From: Ylistrum balloti
Taxonomy: Eukaryota
Direction of reading: 5' to 3'
Length of the DNA stretch: 64,000 nt
Assembly (NCBI RefSeq): GCF_031769215.1
Contig: NW_026782527.1
Coordinates: 248,001-312,000 of the forward strand
The notes below the pieces were generated by a model. The model searched no databases. It had not been told where the DNA came from and was given only the letters and a program-made list of their open reading frames with translations. Position numbers and translations under genes: made by a program. Of the stretch, positions 1 through 12,869 are shown one piece after another (position 1 is the stretch's first letter; each line of letters opens with the position of its first letter).

Positions 1-97
1 TTTGACATACAAGTACTGTTTTTTGACATATTGATGCTGTGTGGTTGTAATGATATTGAAACAAAATTTGATTCTCACTTCTTCACATATTTTACAG

Positions 98-172
98 CGT
101 CTTATTGTGGAATTTTCTCTGGAAAACAAGGCAGCTCTACAGGCAAAAGAGAAGAAAATAGAAAGACATAAG
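98..172 (+). CDS. RBM28: RBM28 internal coding exon (end of RRM4 region), phase 0/0
   Basis: tttacag|CGT...AAG|gtattg; 75 nt translating RLIVEFSLENKAALQAKEKKIERHK. This resembles the recalled human RBM28 segment [23 protein letters not shown]. Confidence 0.88.
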
Positions 173-704
173 GTATTGATCCTGTAGATGTATCCTCATT
201 GATCAATTTTATATACTTGGAAAGGAGTTTCAATGAACACATTATCAGATTTTGAAAAATTGATCCAAATTTGGTATTTCATTTCATTGCCCTGCATACC
301 TTTCAGTATCCAGACCCAACATGCTGCACCCAACTGATCAACCAATTTATTCAAACTCACGTTGGCTCTACCTTTGCATTGTTAATTTTGAACAGTTGTG
401 ACTTAATAGGTATAACTGGACACTATGCTTGTAATACTTATTCAGTGTTATTAATTAATATGATGAGTGTTAATATGTAGGGTTGAAAGAATTGTTTCTA
501 TTTCAAAATAAATAAAAAATGAGAGAAAAGGAGAAACTCCGGAAGCCAGGATTCCAAACAGTACATTGTATTTTCTTCTGCATGTACAGCTAGGTGCCAA
601 CACATTTCAGCCTTAGGTAGACCAACATGGGGGCACAGCTTACATGGTGTACATGTAATTAAGAGTGACCATGAAACTCATGTTTCTGTTTCAGTAAATC
701 ACAG

Positions 705-1000
705 AAGATTTCTGCTTACCATGTCCCTATGTACTGCAGAACTAATATCTCATTTCAGTCCATCAATGTAGATTTCTGATTACCATGTCCCTGTGTACTA
801 CAGAACTAATATCTCATTTTAGTCCATCAATGTAGATTTCTGATTCCCATGTCCCTGTGTAATGCAGAACTAATATCTCATTTCAGTCCATCAAAGTAGA
901 ACTAGAATTCTGATTCCCATGTCCCTGTGTAATACAGAACTAATATCTCATTTCAGTCCATTAAAGTAGAATTTTGATTCCCATGTCACTGTTGTTAGAT
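705..1000. repeat. 64-bp minisatellite (about 4.5 copies) in an RBM28 intron
   Basis: atgtccc/atgtcac anchors at 721, 785, 849, 919, 983; unit ATGTCCCTRTGTAMTRCAGAACTAATATCTCATTTCAGTCCATCAATGTAGATTTCTGATTMCC. Confidence 0.95.
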
Positions 1001-1156
1001 GTTTGATTCCCAAATCCATGTGGCTACAGATTTGATATATTTATTTTAGCAAGTCACAGTAGATATCTGTCAGAAAATCAGTTGATTTATGGTTATTTTG
1101 TATTTTAGTGGTGCAAAGCTGATGTTTCTTTAAACAAGTTATGTTTTGTTTTGCAG

Positions 1157-1516
1157 GCAAGACAAGCACAACTGCAACAGAAGCAGGAGAATGCTGTGAC
1201 CAGGACAGAAACAGGGAATAACAAAAGGAAAGGAGAAGAAAAACAAAACCAGAAACCTAAAATGAAAGACAAATTATCAAATAAATTTATTGGTAAAATT
1301 CAACATGATGATGATGCTAATGAGAAAAAACTGCCAAAAGGCCTTCCATCTCATTGGGGACCTAAGGTGCGGCACAAACCTCGACCAGCCAAGCTGGAGT
1401 TAGAGAAAAAAGAGAAAAAGAAAGCCAAGAAATTAAGACAGAAGCAGTTACAGGGAGAGGCAGTGAATTTGAAACCTACCAGCATCAAACGGCAATACAC
1501 AGAACCTCTAGAACAG
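1157..1516 (+). CDS. RBM28: RBM28 penultimate coding exon, Lys/Gln-rich low-complexity tail, phase 0/0
   Basis: ttttgcag|GCA...CAG|gtacga; 360 nt open in the frame set by the flanking exons (ARQAQLQQKQ...GLPSHWGPKVRHKP...EPLEQ). The ORF track 1151-1579 overshoots both splice sites. Confidence 0.88.
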
Positions 1517-1574
1517 GTACGAAGGGAGACAAATAGTTTAAGTTGTGGTGGTGGTATCAGATGGGGACTTGGTT

Positions 1575-2030
1575 TGTAGGAACAATGCTAGCATTACCCA
1601 AGGTGCTTCTTGGGGTGTCAATCATTTGAAGGGGAGACAATCACATATAAGTTTCAGGGTAAGAAGAACATCACAAGCATGGTCTCTAGGAGTAACAACT
1701 ATTTAAGGGGAGACAATCACAATTATGGCTGAGGATTGGAAGAACAATGCTAGCATGGTCTCAAGGGGTGACAATCATTTGGAAAGGAGATAATCACAGT
1801 TAGGTCTAGGGGCTAGGGATAAATCTAGCATTGATTCTAGAAGTGACAATCATTTGAAAAAGAGACAATTACTATTAGGTTCAGGGTTGGGGAAACAACA
1901 CTATCATGGCTATGAAGTGACAACAATTATTTGAAGGGGAGACAATATGTAGGGCTAGGGGTTGGAGGATAACTGCTAGCATTGTAACAAGGGGCAACAA
2001 TAATTTGTAAGGGAGAAATCAGTTCTATGT
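1575..2030. repeat. Degenerate ~75-bp tandem repeat (about 6 copies)
   Basis: Recurring blocks (GAACAAT)GCTAGCAT...GACAATCATTTGAAGGGGAGACAAT...AGGG. Confidence 0.85.
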
Positions 2031-2034
2031 GGTG

Positions 2035-2640
2035 TGTTACTGCTAGGTATTATACATATCTACTCTGTTACTGACTAGATATGATAACAGTTATGTATCA
2101 TCTCATTTGTTATTGACTGGATATAACATATATCAAATGTATGTAACTGATTTAATATACCACATATCAGGTATGTTACTGACTAGATATGATACATATC
2201 AGGTATGTTACTGACTAGATTGATCTCATATCTAGTATGTTACTTACTAGATATGATAAATATCTGGCATGTTACTGACTACATATATGATACATATCTG
2301 GCATGTTACTGACTATATACAATACATATCTGGCATGTTACTGATAACATAGGAAACATCTGGCATGTTACTGACTAGATATGATACATATCTGGTATGT
2401 TACTGACTAGATATGATATATATCTGGTATGTTACTGACTAGATACAATACTTATCTGGCATGTTACTGACTAGATATGGTACATATCTTGTATGTTACT
2501 TACTAGATACAATACTTATCTTGTATGTTACTGACTAGATATGATACATATCTTGTATGTTACTTACTAGATACAATACATATCTTGTATGTTACTGACT
2601 AGATATGATACTTATCTGGTATATTATTGACTAGATATTA
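2035..2640. repeat. 32-bp minisatellite (about 18 copies) with an internal hairpin
   Basis: Unit GTATGTTACTGACTAGATATGATACATATCTG containing the inverted repeat AGATATG-ATA-CATATCT. Confidence 0.95.
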
Positions 2641-2911
2641 TAAATTACATCCTCTGCATTAAACTTTTTAAACAATTGCAAAACAAGTTTTAAGTTTATA
2701 TTTATTAATCACTCTCATTGACCCTGTAGGAGCTGATATTGATTTCACCTCTCCTTATACAACCCAGATAAATGTCGCATCCAGTTTGTAAATTATTTGA
2801 TATCTCCCTGCTATAAAGGCAAACTAAGCACTGATTAGAAATTAATGTGTAATAATGCTTTTATCGTGTATTTTTCAACAGAAAATTGACTCTTGTAATT
2901 CTCTATTTCAG

Positions 2912-3037
2912 GGCCCTCCTTTGAAAAAGAAAAGACACTCAAGCAAACAAAAGGTGGATGACTTTGATAAACTTGTCAACAGATATAAACAAAAATTTTC
3001 ATCAGCTAAAACCAGTTCCAAGTGGTTTGAGAGCTAA
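2912..3037 (+). CDS. RBM28: RBM28 terminal coding exon
   Basis: ctatttcag|GGC...TAA; GPPLKKKRHSSKQKVDDFDKLVNRYKQKFSSAKTSSKWFES*. Matches the recalled RBM28 C-terminal signature F.QLV..YKQK...SKWF(D/E)S. Confidence 0.92.
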   Translation, partial: GPPLKKKRHSSKQKVDDFDKLVNRYKQKFSSAKTSSKWFES

Positions 3038-3267
3038 TACCATCCATATTGATTTCATCTATATATAAATATAAATATGAACCTGAAAGAATTTGTTTTA
3101 TTTGTGGTATTTCCTATGTTAACCAGAACAAAAGGTCGCATGTAAATACTGGTAATTGCCAGGTAAAATACAGGTTAATGGTGTCAAGATGTAGAATATG
3201 ATGACCTAGGTAACAAAGTGATTTTTAATGAAGCATGCGCCCCTAAAATGGCAAATGTGTAGATTCC

Positions 3268-3273
3268 AATAAA
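3268..3273 (+). terminator. Candidate polyadenylation signal of RBM28
   Basis: First AATAAA after the stop codon (about 230 nt downstream), followed by T-rich sequence. Alternatives lie at about 3453 and 3636. Confidence 0.45.
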
Positions 3274-6208
3274 ACTTTTTCAGTATGACTTATCTGGTAT
3301 AGAAAGTTATGAACCAAAGAGGATTTTATGTTGTATGAAGAGTCTATTACCTTGGTAACAGAAGGGGTGTTATGAAGCTTGATTGGTTAATAAATAGAAG
3401 CAAGTCTTAAAAATTGTACTCCCTCATTATGTGGGATGGTCACTTGTGAACAAATAAACTACAAGAGATTCCTTTTGGGTGCTGGGAATTAGTTTTGTAT
3501 CAAATAAGGGTAACCACTTTCAGGAACTGGATAAATAGGGATAATAGGGATAAAAAAAAAAATCCTTTAGTGTATCAGAAAATATGTTTACCTAATATTG
3601 TTTTTTGTGTAGTTGAAACAACGGGGAAAAAAAGAATAAACTTTATAGAAATAAAGAGTAAGACCACCTTCTGCAGAGTGTGAATATGTCAAAGAAGAAA
3701 AACACTATTGGTTCATTTTTGGAATTACAACCAGGTAATGTGATAAATAGCTAATGTAGAATTGACCGATTTCATCGGGTGTAGCTTATCAGAAACTGGT
3801 GGACTGTTGAAATTGGCATAGAAATTCAATGTTACACTACTTATCAAAAAATGGATTTTTAAAAAGAAATTAAAGCATTTTATATGTATGTCTTAACAAA
3901 TGAGGTCTTATCAATAGCATAAATATGCAAAACAAAATAGAAGGTTACAGATTCAATGCATTTCCGGAAAATTATAAATTGTTTGGGCTACAAAATGTAG
4001 TTTGATTTTCAATTAGTGTTTTTGTGTATCTGGGACTTCAGAAATAAGAAACCGTTTCACGTTGTCTTATAGATCATGTCTAACTTTCTGGATTGTCAGA
4101 TTTTTACGAGGATTTGCACCATTGTAACAGCGTGAAGCAATATAAACAACAGAGCTTTATTGATTGTTAATAGGCTCTCATACATCAAAATGTCAAATCT
4201 TAAAACATTTAAATGCATTTCACACTTCCATATTTACAAATACATTTAGAGTTTTTGGAAAAATTGAAATGAATTTTCATTTTAATTCTTCGTGTTATTT
4301 TTCGATTAGTTGCCTATACACTTTTAAATTGTGATTGATGACTGGAATTACTTGAAGGTAGAAATAGTAAACAAATGCCAAAACAGACACTTTAAATTAA
4401 TCATTTCTTAAAGTGCTATTGAAACATGGTTTTTGTATTCTTCCAGTCAATATTAAACTGTCGCAGATAATTAAGGTGTGTTTTAAGGTGATCTTTTGAA
4501 TGAAAAAAGATATTTACATTTTGAAAATCCCATTATTGTTGAGATGTGTGGGACAATATTTTTTATTAGCTTTAAATGCTGTGTTCAGAGATAGCTTCTA
4601 TTAATCAATAAGTAATGTTATTTTTACTTTTAACAGCTGGAATGAAGGGCTGTCCAATTGTGAAGAAATAATGACTTATTTTTAGGGTCACATAATATCT
4701 TCCATCAATTATTACATCTGCGTGGTATACAGCTGATACACTTTGTGGATTTTCTTTGAATGAGTCGGGAATTTGTGCCAAATCCCTGTCCTTCTGATTT
4801 TGTTAAAAAAGCTTGTTAAAAATAACCTTGAACTATATATTTAATGTTATAGAGGTCAAATGTGTTAAATCTTCAGATCCCTGTCATGGTTTGTTCCTTT
4901 TATGACTGTGCAATCAAGAGGAATGTTGCTGTGTTTACAACTTGCATTGGTAACGTTGACAAATTTTGACATCAAGGTTGATAAAGCAATTGGCCTAAAT
5001 AAAAAAAAAGACTGGCTGTTTGCTAAACCCATTATGGAATTCAGGGTAAAATTTAACAGGTAAACATCATAATAAAGGTCAATATTTGGTCAGCCTGCAG
5101 TGGCTCAAAACCCAACTTAGGACATGATAAAAATTGCTCTGTTTAAACAGGTTGAGGTCATTGAGGTCATCATTTAAGTTTTTTTTTCTGCTTTTTACCA
5201 AGATGAAAATTGTCAAGGTCTGTAGAGCTGATTCAATCATAAACAACAATTTACACAGATTAATTAAATCAATTTTGTTAAACAAAGATTGTAAAAGTTA
5301 TGGTAAAAACAGCCTAAATCAGTAAGGTCAAGGACATTATAAAAATAGTATATACGAATAAGCCTAATAAGGTCAGGGTCATTATGGCATTTGTTCCAAA
5401 TCAGACTAGATCAGTAAGGTCAATGTCATTGTGGCCATTGTTACAAATAAACAAGCATAGTCAGTAAGGCAAAGGTCATTAGGATCATGTGTAAATTAGC
5501 TGACATCACAAGGTTATCATGGCTCTGGTCTGTATCGGATAAATGTCATTGAAGTACAGTATATCTACATAATTAGGAATATCTATTTAAAAATTAGCTG
5601 GGATCAGGTACTTCCAAGGTTAATCATTATCAGGGTAATCGCCGCTTTTAGTCAAGATCATAATCAGGATAAATAGGCAGGCTTAAGGTTCTAGTTATTT
5701 ATTGCTAATAATATAATTCAAGATTTTATACAGAAATAAGTTTTTGGCAGTAAATAACAAGCATTTGATATCGGTAAATAATGTTGAGGTCATGGATGTT
5801 TTGAGATCAGTAAAGTCAAGGTCATGACTAAAATTACCGTAATAATTAGATGTAGCCTATGACCAAGGTCACAATAACTCATTTAACCAAGTTCAAGGTC
5901 ACAGATGGATAAATATCGCCATGATGGCCAGTAAACCAGGTCAGTTAGCCTCTAGGTCAAGGTTGTTAAAGAAACAAGCACTGAACCAGTCCGATAATTT
6001 TATGATTAAGAAATTGACCCATTACAAGGTGATCGTATAGTAAAATGAAGGACCAGCAAGGGAATGTTTGTGTGTCTCGTGCCTATTCTCGTCGTGCACA
6101 AATACTAGAAATACTGATCTGTTAACAAAATATGGATTCAAATTCGATGAAACGAGAAAAATATTAACTAAAAGATTTACACGGGAGAAAAAGTTTCCTA
6201 ATAATAAG

Positions 6209-6461
6209 ACCTGGCCCCATATTCATTAACCCATCCTCATGCTCAAGCATGAAATCCGTGTTCAACCGGCCAAATCACTCGACTCGCTCAACTCGTTCAA
6301 TAGCATTTTAGAAAAACATCAACATCAAAAATATTTCCGAAATTCCTTTAAATATAGTATTTTTTATCATAAAGTTCTTATTGTTAAGATTTATCACCAA
6401 AGGTATTTGATTCTTAGCATAATATTTGAGCATAACAGGTTTCACGAGTATGACCCCAGGT
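6209..6461. mobile_element. MITE-like non-autonomous DNA transposon (~250 bp), possibly PIF/Harbinger-like
   Basis: Imperfect terminal inverted repeats ACCTGGCCCCATATTC ... GAGTATGACCCCAGGT and an internal palindrome TCATGCT-CA-AGCATGA (6237-6252). No clean TSD seen. Confidence 0.55.
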
Positions 6462-7087
6462 GTTCCGGAAGTGTAAATGTGTAAATTTCGGTCAATCTAA
6501 ATAGATAATGTTCTCATACAAAAAATAAGATAAACAAAAACGAAACCACGAAGTATACTACAAACACATTTTAGCTTCATTTCAATTCACACGAGGTAAC
6601 TGAAAATTTACCGGACATGGTCACGATCAACACAAAACGTTTTTAGACAGTGAGTAGCTCCGAATGGAATCGCCAGTCTGAAAGTTCAATCAAAGGAAAA
6701 GAGTATATTGAGACTAGTAGGTGTAGATAATTGAACAAACAAAAACGAGGTACGATTTATGTTGAGGTAAAAACACTGTCAATGTGGTTTGAAGAGAACT
6801 GGAACGCCATTCCATGTTCTCTTGTGCAGTTGTAACATGGCAAATTTCTAATGGAAGACACATAAATAATACTGAAAAATCATTGATTTTCGTGGGGAAT
6901 TTATTTTCATCGATATGTCCACGAACTGTTGTCATTTAGTATGTCAAGTAGCTTTATTGAGCAATATTTGTCCACGAACTCAAGTGTACACGATATAGTA
7001 ATATTTAATGTAAAAACACACAAAAATTGAGCTTCACCAAAATATATAAGTTTACGGTATGCATTTTATATTACATCAGTATCTCGG

Positions 7088-7112
7088 GTGTGTGTGTGTG
7101 TGTGTGTGTGTG
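7088..7112. repeat. (GT)n microsatellite
   Basis: About 12 uninterrupted GT units. Confidence 0.98.
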
Positions 7113-7234
7113 GAGGTGGAGGGGGGTGTTTAGTCGATCGCTCAATTAACGATATCGTAATGGAACTCCTGACGGCTTCAAAAGTTGTCCAATCCCAAGC
7201 CGCATATTTCGCGGATGAGGAGAATTGGAAAAGG

Positions 7235-7413
7235 GTCGTTATGACCCGGATTTAACCAAATGAAAGCAATTGTCGTTATGACCCGGATTTAACCAGATGA
7301 AAACAGTGTCGTTATGACCCGGATTTAACAAAATGAAAAAAAAAGTGTCGTTATGACCCGGATTTAACAAAATGAAAAAAAGTGTCGTTATGACCCGGAT
7401 TTAACAAAATGAA
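7235..7413. repeat. Five-copy 36-39 bp tandem repeat with an invariant 22-bp core
   Basis: GTCGTTATGACCCGGATTTAAC starts at 7235, 7272, 7308, 7347, 7384; the linkers differ mainly in A-run length. Confidence 0.97.
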
Positions 7414-8759
7414 GTCTCGCCTGATACCAAACACTACTTCGTATAAAACGACATCAAAGATTTTTTGTACTTATTCTTGCGTTTTCGTTTGAGATATTTT
7501 CTTTTTCTCCATCAGTCAAAGTGGTAGAGTATGTTTCCTTATGCTCGGAGATTATTAAAAAGCGTGAGAACCGATCGCATCTAGGATTCATCTAGATCAT
7601 TTTCTATGAGAGCCCTGTCAGTCGATCAAAAACAAGCATGGCATTCAGTGTGTTCACGATAAAAATGACGTTTTTGAATTTAAAAAAGGTCGCCGTAAGA
7701 GTTTCTAATGGGATGAAGCACAGAAAGGATAGTTCAAATGAAGGAAAGCTTGACTATGTTTTTGCTGGGACAATACGTAAATTAACTCCATTTTGGGTCA
7801 GCGATCAAAAGATTTTTCTTGTAACCAGGAGATCCATACCATCGTTGTTCGGAGTAACTAGAATCATATTCGCTGTAGTCCGGTCAGCGAGATCCGCACT
7901 CATGCATTTTCAATATTCATTCATTCATATCATATCATATTTATTCACTCAATCATTCTGCTAAATCTAAATCCAGGATATCTGACATATTGTTAGTTCT
8001 AAAGAGTTTTTTTTTTGTTTTTTGTTTTTTTGCGAACGGAATAAAAAGTATTGGTTTTAGAACTATCATTCTAGCTTCATGTACATGAACAAGTCTCCAG
8101 AATATGGTTTTCAGATAGGTTCCAAGCTATGGGAATGTTTTATAATGGAAAGGCGGATCGTGCGATCAAAGGTTTGAGATCGTTAGTTTTACTAGTGACG
8201 TTCAAATGTACAGTAAAGCGCACTGTGCCAACAAAGGAGATATTACATAAACAAACCAACGTTACGGGCAATGTCCTCCATGTTGTAAGTAAGAAAACTA
8301 TGTAGCTTGAGATGAGTCAATCACAGATGGACTCTAAATTTATAAACTACAGTTTTGCTCGAGTCAGAGGATCGTCACTTTTGTCTCTCCTCACTCTCGC
8401 CAAATAAACAACTTTTACATTTTTGGACACGCACCATGTTTTCTCTGTAATCCTGTTGTCAATGTTTTCCCAGAGACAGATCACGCACCGTTCGTTAATC
8501 ATTGTCTTATTTTTGTAACTTTTGAAAACTTTTAAATGATTGATACTCCACAAGTCAGTTAAATTACAGAGCAGACAATAATTGTACAACGTCTGGAACA
8601 AGACTCGGAATAGTTTCCTGTAAGGGAGCCAATTTGTCCACTTCACGAAAAGGCCGATTTTTAATCCCCTCCCCTCAATTGGCATGCAAAGCCCACACTA
8701 ACCTGAAGACCTAATTCGATATGAGAGTCAACCTAGATACAAGAGATTCATTGTTTGAT

Positions 8760-8798
8760 TATGATGATGATAATGATGATGATGATGATGATGATGAT
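8760..8798. repeat. (GAT)n microsatellite
   Basis: GAT run with one AAT interruption. Confidence 0.95.
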
Positions 8799-9399
8799 AT
8801 TTGGGAGGAAAAACATATTTCATGACTTTCAATGCTACCGACCAAAATATCTTTTCACTATACCATCATGCCCAAGCGAAGACATAGAATATGTTTTGTT
8901 ACATTGTACGTCAAGTTAATAAAGAATTTATGGAAACACTCTTCTTATATTCTCCTCAACGAGTGTTTTCCCACTTCAGAAAACGACACGAAAATCCTTG
9001 ATATGTATTTTTTAAATTATTATATATTTTTGAAATCTTTCGCGAGTGACAGAAATTGATGCTTCTGTCAGTCTCACAGCAGCCAATGGAATGACAGTTA
9101 TACTATTATGTTCTATTAATGTCACGTTACATGACAATGTACCGTGCAATATGTATAGGAATTTATTGGAGTTTCCAATAGGTTAATGCTCTCTAAATTT
9201 AAGAGCACTTAGTCTCGTTACATAAATTACATACCAAACAGAAACGACTTAAATTTCATTTTGATCAAATAATCGTAAATCTTACAGTATAATTTTAGTA
9301 TTATCCGTATTGAGATAATCTTTTAGCAAATGTTTTCCCCTTATTGAAAGTAATCAGATTGCATGCTGGTGATAACGTGATTTTTAGCGTATTCCCGAT

Positions 9400-10150
9400 C
9401 GAGTTATCTCCCCTAACGCATTCAGCTGCTGTCAAAACCGGAAACATGCGCATATGTCCAGTACACTCTCGTGGAATTGACACTACAGTTGCTGCTGCTG
9501 TTATTCGGCTGCTTACCGAAAATCATGTGTTCACGGAGAAACCTGATCTTTCTCGAACTGTGGGAACCTATGGAGTTAAATATAGAACACATGCAATGCA
9601 TAAATGATAACAAGTAAGCTGAAACGAGTAGTTTTTCTTTGTAACGGGGTATAAAAATGTAAACATTCAGTAACAGAGCTATCGACAACTTTCATCTGTG
9701 CGTGATATTGTCCGAAGCGAGAACGCTGTCACTTAGCGCGCAAAGATGTGTCATCATACCCTATTTTGCCTGTTCGATTAGTAGTAATTTTGAAATTATA
9801 TCCGTAGGTTTTATTCGCCAAACATAAATGAATTTGAGGATAATGTCGGCTTCATTCAGATAGGAAATGTCCCCAGTTTTTGTTGGTCCTTCGTTCGCGT
9901 GACTCACAGAAACCTGTATTGATTTACGTGAAATACTGCTAGGAAAGGATCTGGAAAACGGAATTAAGGAGACTCGGAGCTGTTAAGCTAGTAGGGAAAT
10001 ACCATATAATGGCTGGATGTTCCAGGGATACTTCTTAGGCCTGGATCGGGCTGAAAGGATAATATCGTAAATTAGATACCTACCAATGGGATATAGTGCC
10101 GTAGAGGACAAGCTATCACAGTGGACCAAATCAACACAGATCTTCAACAG
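9400..10150 (+). promoter_or_regulatory. Putative TULP4 promoter and non-coding first exon (5' boundary approximate)
   Basis: CpG-rich stretch that ends near the donor CAG|GTGAAG at 10150/10151; CpG becomes visibly scarce downstream. No long ORF. The next recognisable + strand gene is TULP4. Confidence 0.5.
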
Positions 10151-12869
10151 GTGAAGTATCGTAAGGGATAATTTAGTCAATACAGATACATGTAGATGTA
10201 GTTTTGTGTTTTTTGAGTTACAGTATTATTATCAAGTACATGTATCTGATTACTAATGATTTTCATAATATATGACATTAACACATACACTGAACTGTTA
10301 ACATTGACAGGTGCCCATCACTATATGTATATAAATGGATGATGTCTTTTTTTCAATGCCAACCCCATCTGTATTAATTACATTCAGCTTGTAATGTTAA
10401 AAAAAACATAGACTGAAGCAAAAAATTCACTTTTCTTTTGGAGGACAGGATGTATACATCTATTACTATTTTTTTTTCACAAATTGTTATAAAATTAATT
10501 TCAATATGCTTTGGAAGAAAAGTATAAACCTACCCAGTATAAGTAAATCTGCTAGAGTAGTACTGTACTTAATATAGTTTTACATGTGTACAGATTCATT
10601 GAGCCAAACAAATTGTCTTATTTATGTAGCTTATACTAACAGCAAATTGAAGTTTTATACATAATTTATCAGGCCTATACAGATCAATGAATATACTTCT
10701 AAATATATTCACATGTAATAACCCTTGAAATGCACTGGATATTTAATGATTTTCTACCAAAGACAGTAATTACAATGAGTAATACACATGATCAATTACC
10801 CAAGTTCACTCAATACAGTGTTATATACCAGTTTATACATTGTAATATTTAAACAATGTAAAACATATTTTCACCATTTAAATTGATAAATTGGATGTGT
10901 ACTTTAAAGATTTTATTAATTTTTTTTTTTTTTTAAATTTCAACAATTTCAATTTTTTTTTTCTATTCCAACTGATTAAGTGAGATCATTTTTTCTAAAC
11001 ACTATACCTTATTTGATATATTTTATTGTTTTTATGTTACATGAAACTCAGTTTAGAGAACCCAAACATATATTCGGAATTGATATATAGAAAAAAAATC
11101 ATTAATCCTTGACTTTTCTGTCATACTGCAACAATATACATTTGGCTTTGACATATTACCAGGCATGGATCTTAAGTACTGGATAAATGGATTTATATCA
11201 GATGGATTATGAATTTATTGGATGAATTCTTCATTGGAAATTCATTGAAGATTACATATTAATGTTGAATTGGCCAAGCTATAGAAATCAAAGAATGGTC
11301 CTTTCTGTATTGTGAAAGGATTAAGTGAGAACTTGTGTAGTTGAAGTCTTTTTATCTTCATGGACAGATGAGATTTTATATACCTGGTATTGTTTGTGCT
11401 GGTTAATACATTAAGTGCTAGCTTTTCTCAACAATTCAGATCTGATATCATAGGTTTTTTCTTCAATTTCCTATTATTACAACAAAAGAATCCCTATTAT
11501 GCATGTCCATTTTTTATTGTCCAAATGGTTAGGTATTTTCTGTTTCAGAAAAAAAGTTGATATTGCTATTCCAGATCTTTGTTGTTTGACCATGATTCAG
11601 AATAATTTTATTTTATAATTGAATATGAAGTTTGAAAATTAAAGAGACAGAAAAAAAAGGGAAGTGTTGCATCAAAAAAAAAATTCAGAAATCAGAAACT
11701 CGTTTTCCAGTCTGTATATTTAGAGATATTTTGTGTGTGTTAATTCTGAGTACGTTTCCATTTGGGGGTCATTACAGTGTCAGCGTAGCGGGTTTCTTCT
11801 AATTAAGTATGCAGAAATATTCACATGTACATTGATGAGAAAGATGAAAAATAATACATAATCAAAAAGAATTTACTTGTATCTGAAAAGATGAATTAAT
11901 CAGTGTTTTGAAAAGAAAATCAAAACTGTAAAACATCAGTTTTACTTTAAGACATTCCCACTTACGAGAAAAAACAGCCAATTCTGAAATGTTCAGTGTG
12001 TTTGTAAAAATAATTTAGCAACTTATCAATGGGCTATGGAATAAGTGTGTGTAATAATTACAACCCAAAAAAATCTTGTATTTCTAGTGTAGTGTAATGT
12101 GCTTGTGATATCCGTTACATCATTTGTCATCGAAGTTGCGTTATTATTTTAGATTTTGATATATAAATGGAGAATATGTTCTGTCTATAGTGCTCATTAA
12201 TAGATAAGGAAAAAATACCAATAAGTATGTTAGGAAAAAGCATGAAAATTTTACAAAGACAAAAGAAAATAATTTAAAGTCATTAATTTTTGGGGATTTG
12301 TTTTCGTTGATTTCATTGGTACTCTTCAGTAATTTTTATGTCCCTGAATTGTTAAAATGGGTATCAGTAGATTTATTGAGCCACAGTTTAATTATCCATG
12401 AAATCAAATGACCAGGAAATAGTGGTTTTTTTTTGAAAATCCATGAAATAATCAAGACCCATGAAAATATACAATGTGAAAATGTTACAATATCTTGTAA
12501 AAAAAATTACATAAAAGTTGCCAAAAGCTACAATTCATGTAGATAGCTATAAAATTATAGGTATATATACTTACCAGATTGTTTGTCAACATCATTATGA
12601 ATAAAATTATGCTTAAATCATGAGATTACCTTGACTTAGTTTGGGTTTTAGGGTTCAAAGGTCTCAAGGTCAAGAAGGCCATTACTATTTGTAGAAAATT
12701 GTCAAAAACTTTGGTATTATGACGGTAGCAATTTCCTTTTGTTGAAGAGTTCATTTTTCAAGGTGAAGGTTAATGACACTTAAACATTTAATGAAAATCA
12801 TCAACCAGTTTGATGACATTACTTGTGCTATTTCAAAGTACATTTTCGTGTTCCTTGGAAAACTTTACA

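Noticed and set aside
1517-1579. ORF-track C-terminus of 1151-1579 (VRRETNSLSCGGGIRWGLGL)
   Set aside because: Read-through past the donor at 1516 into intronic repeat; the conserved RBM28 end is in 2912-3037.
7235-7413. CRISPR-like array (conserved repeat with variable linkers)
   Set aside because: The linkers are only 14-17 bp and homologous to each other. There are no unique spacers and no cas genes, and the context is eukaryotic.
9301-9688. Three overlapping ORFs (60-88 aa) in the promoter region
   Set aside because: No recognisable homology; long open frames are expected in this locally GC-richer DNA.
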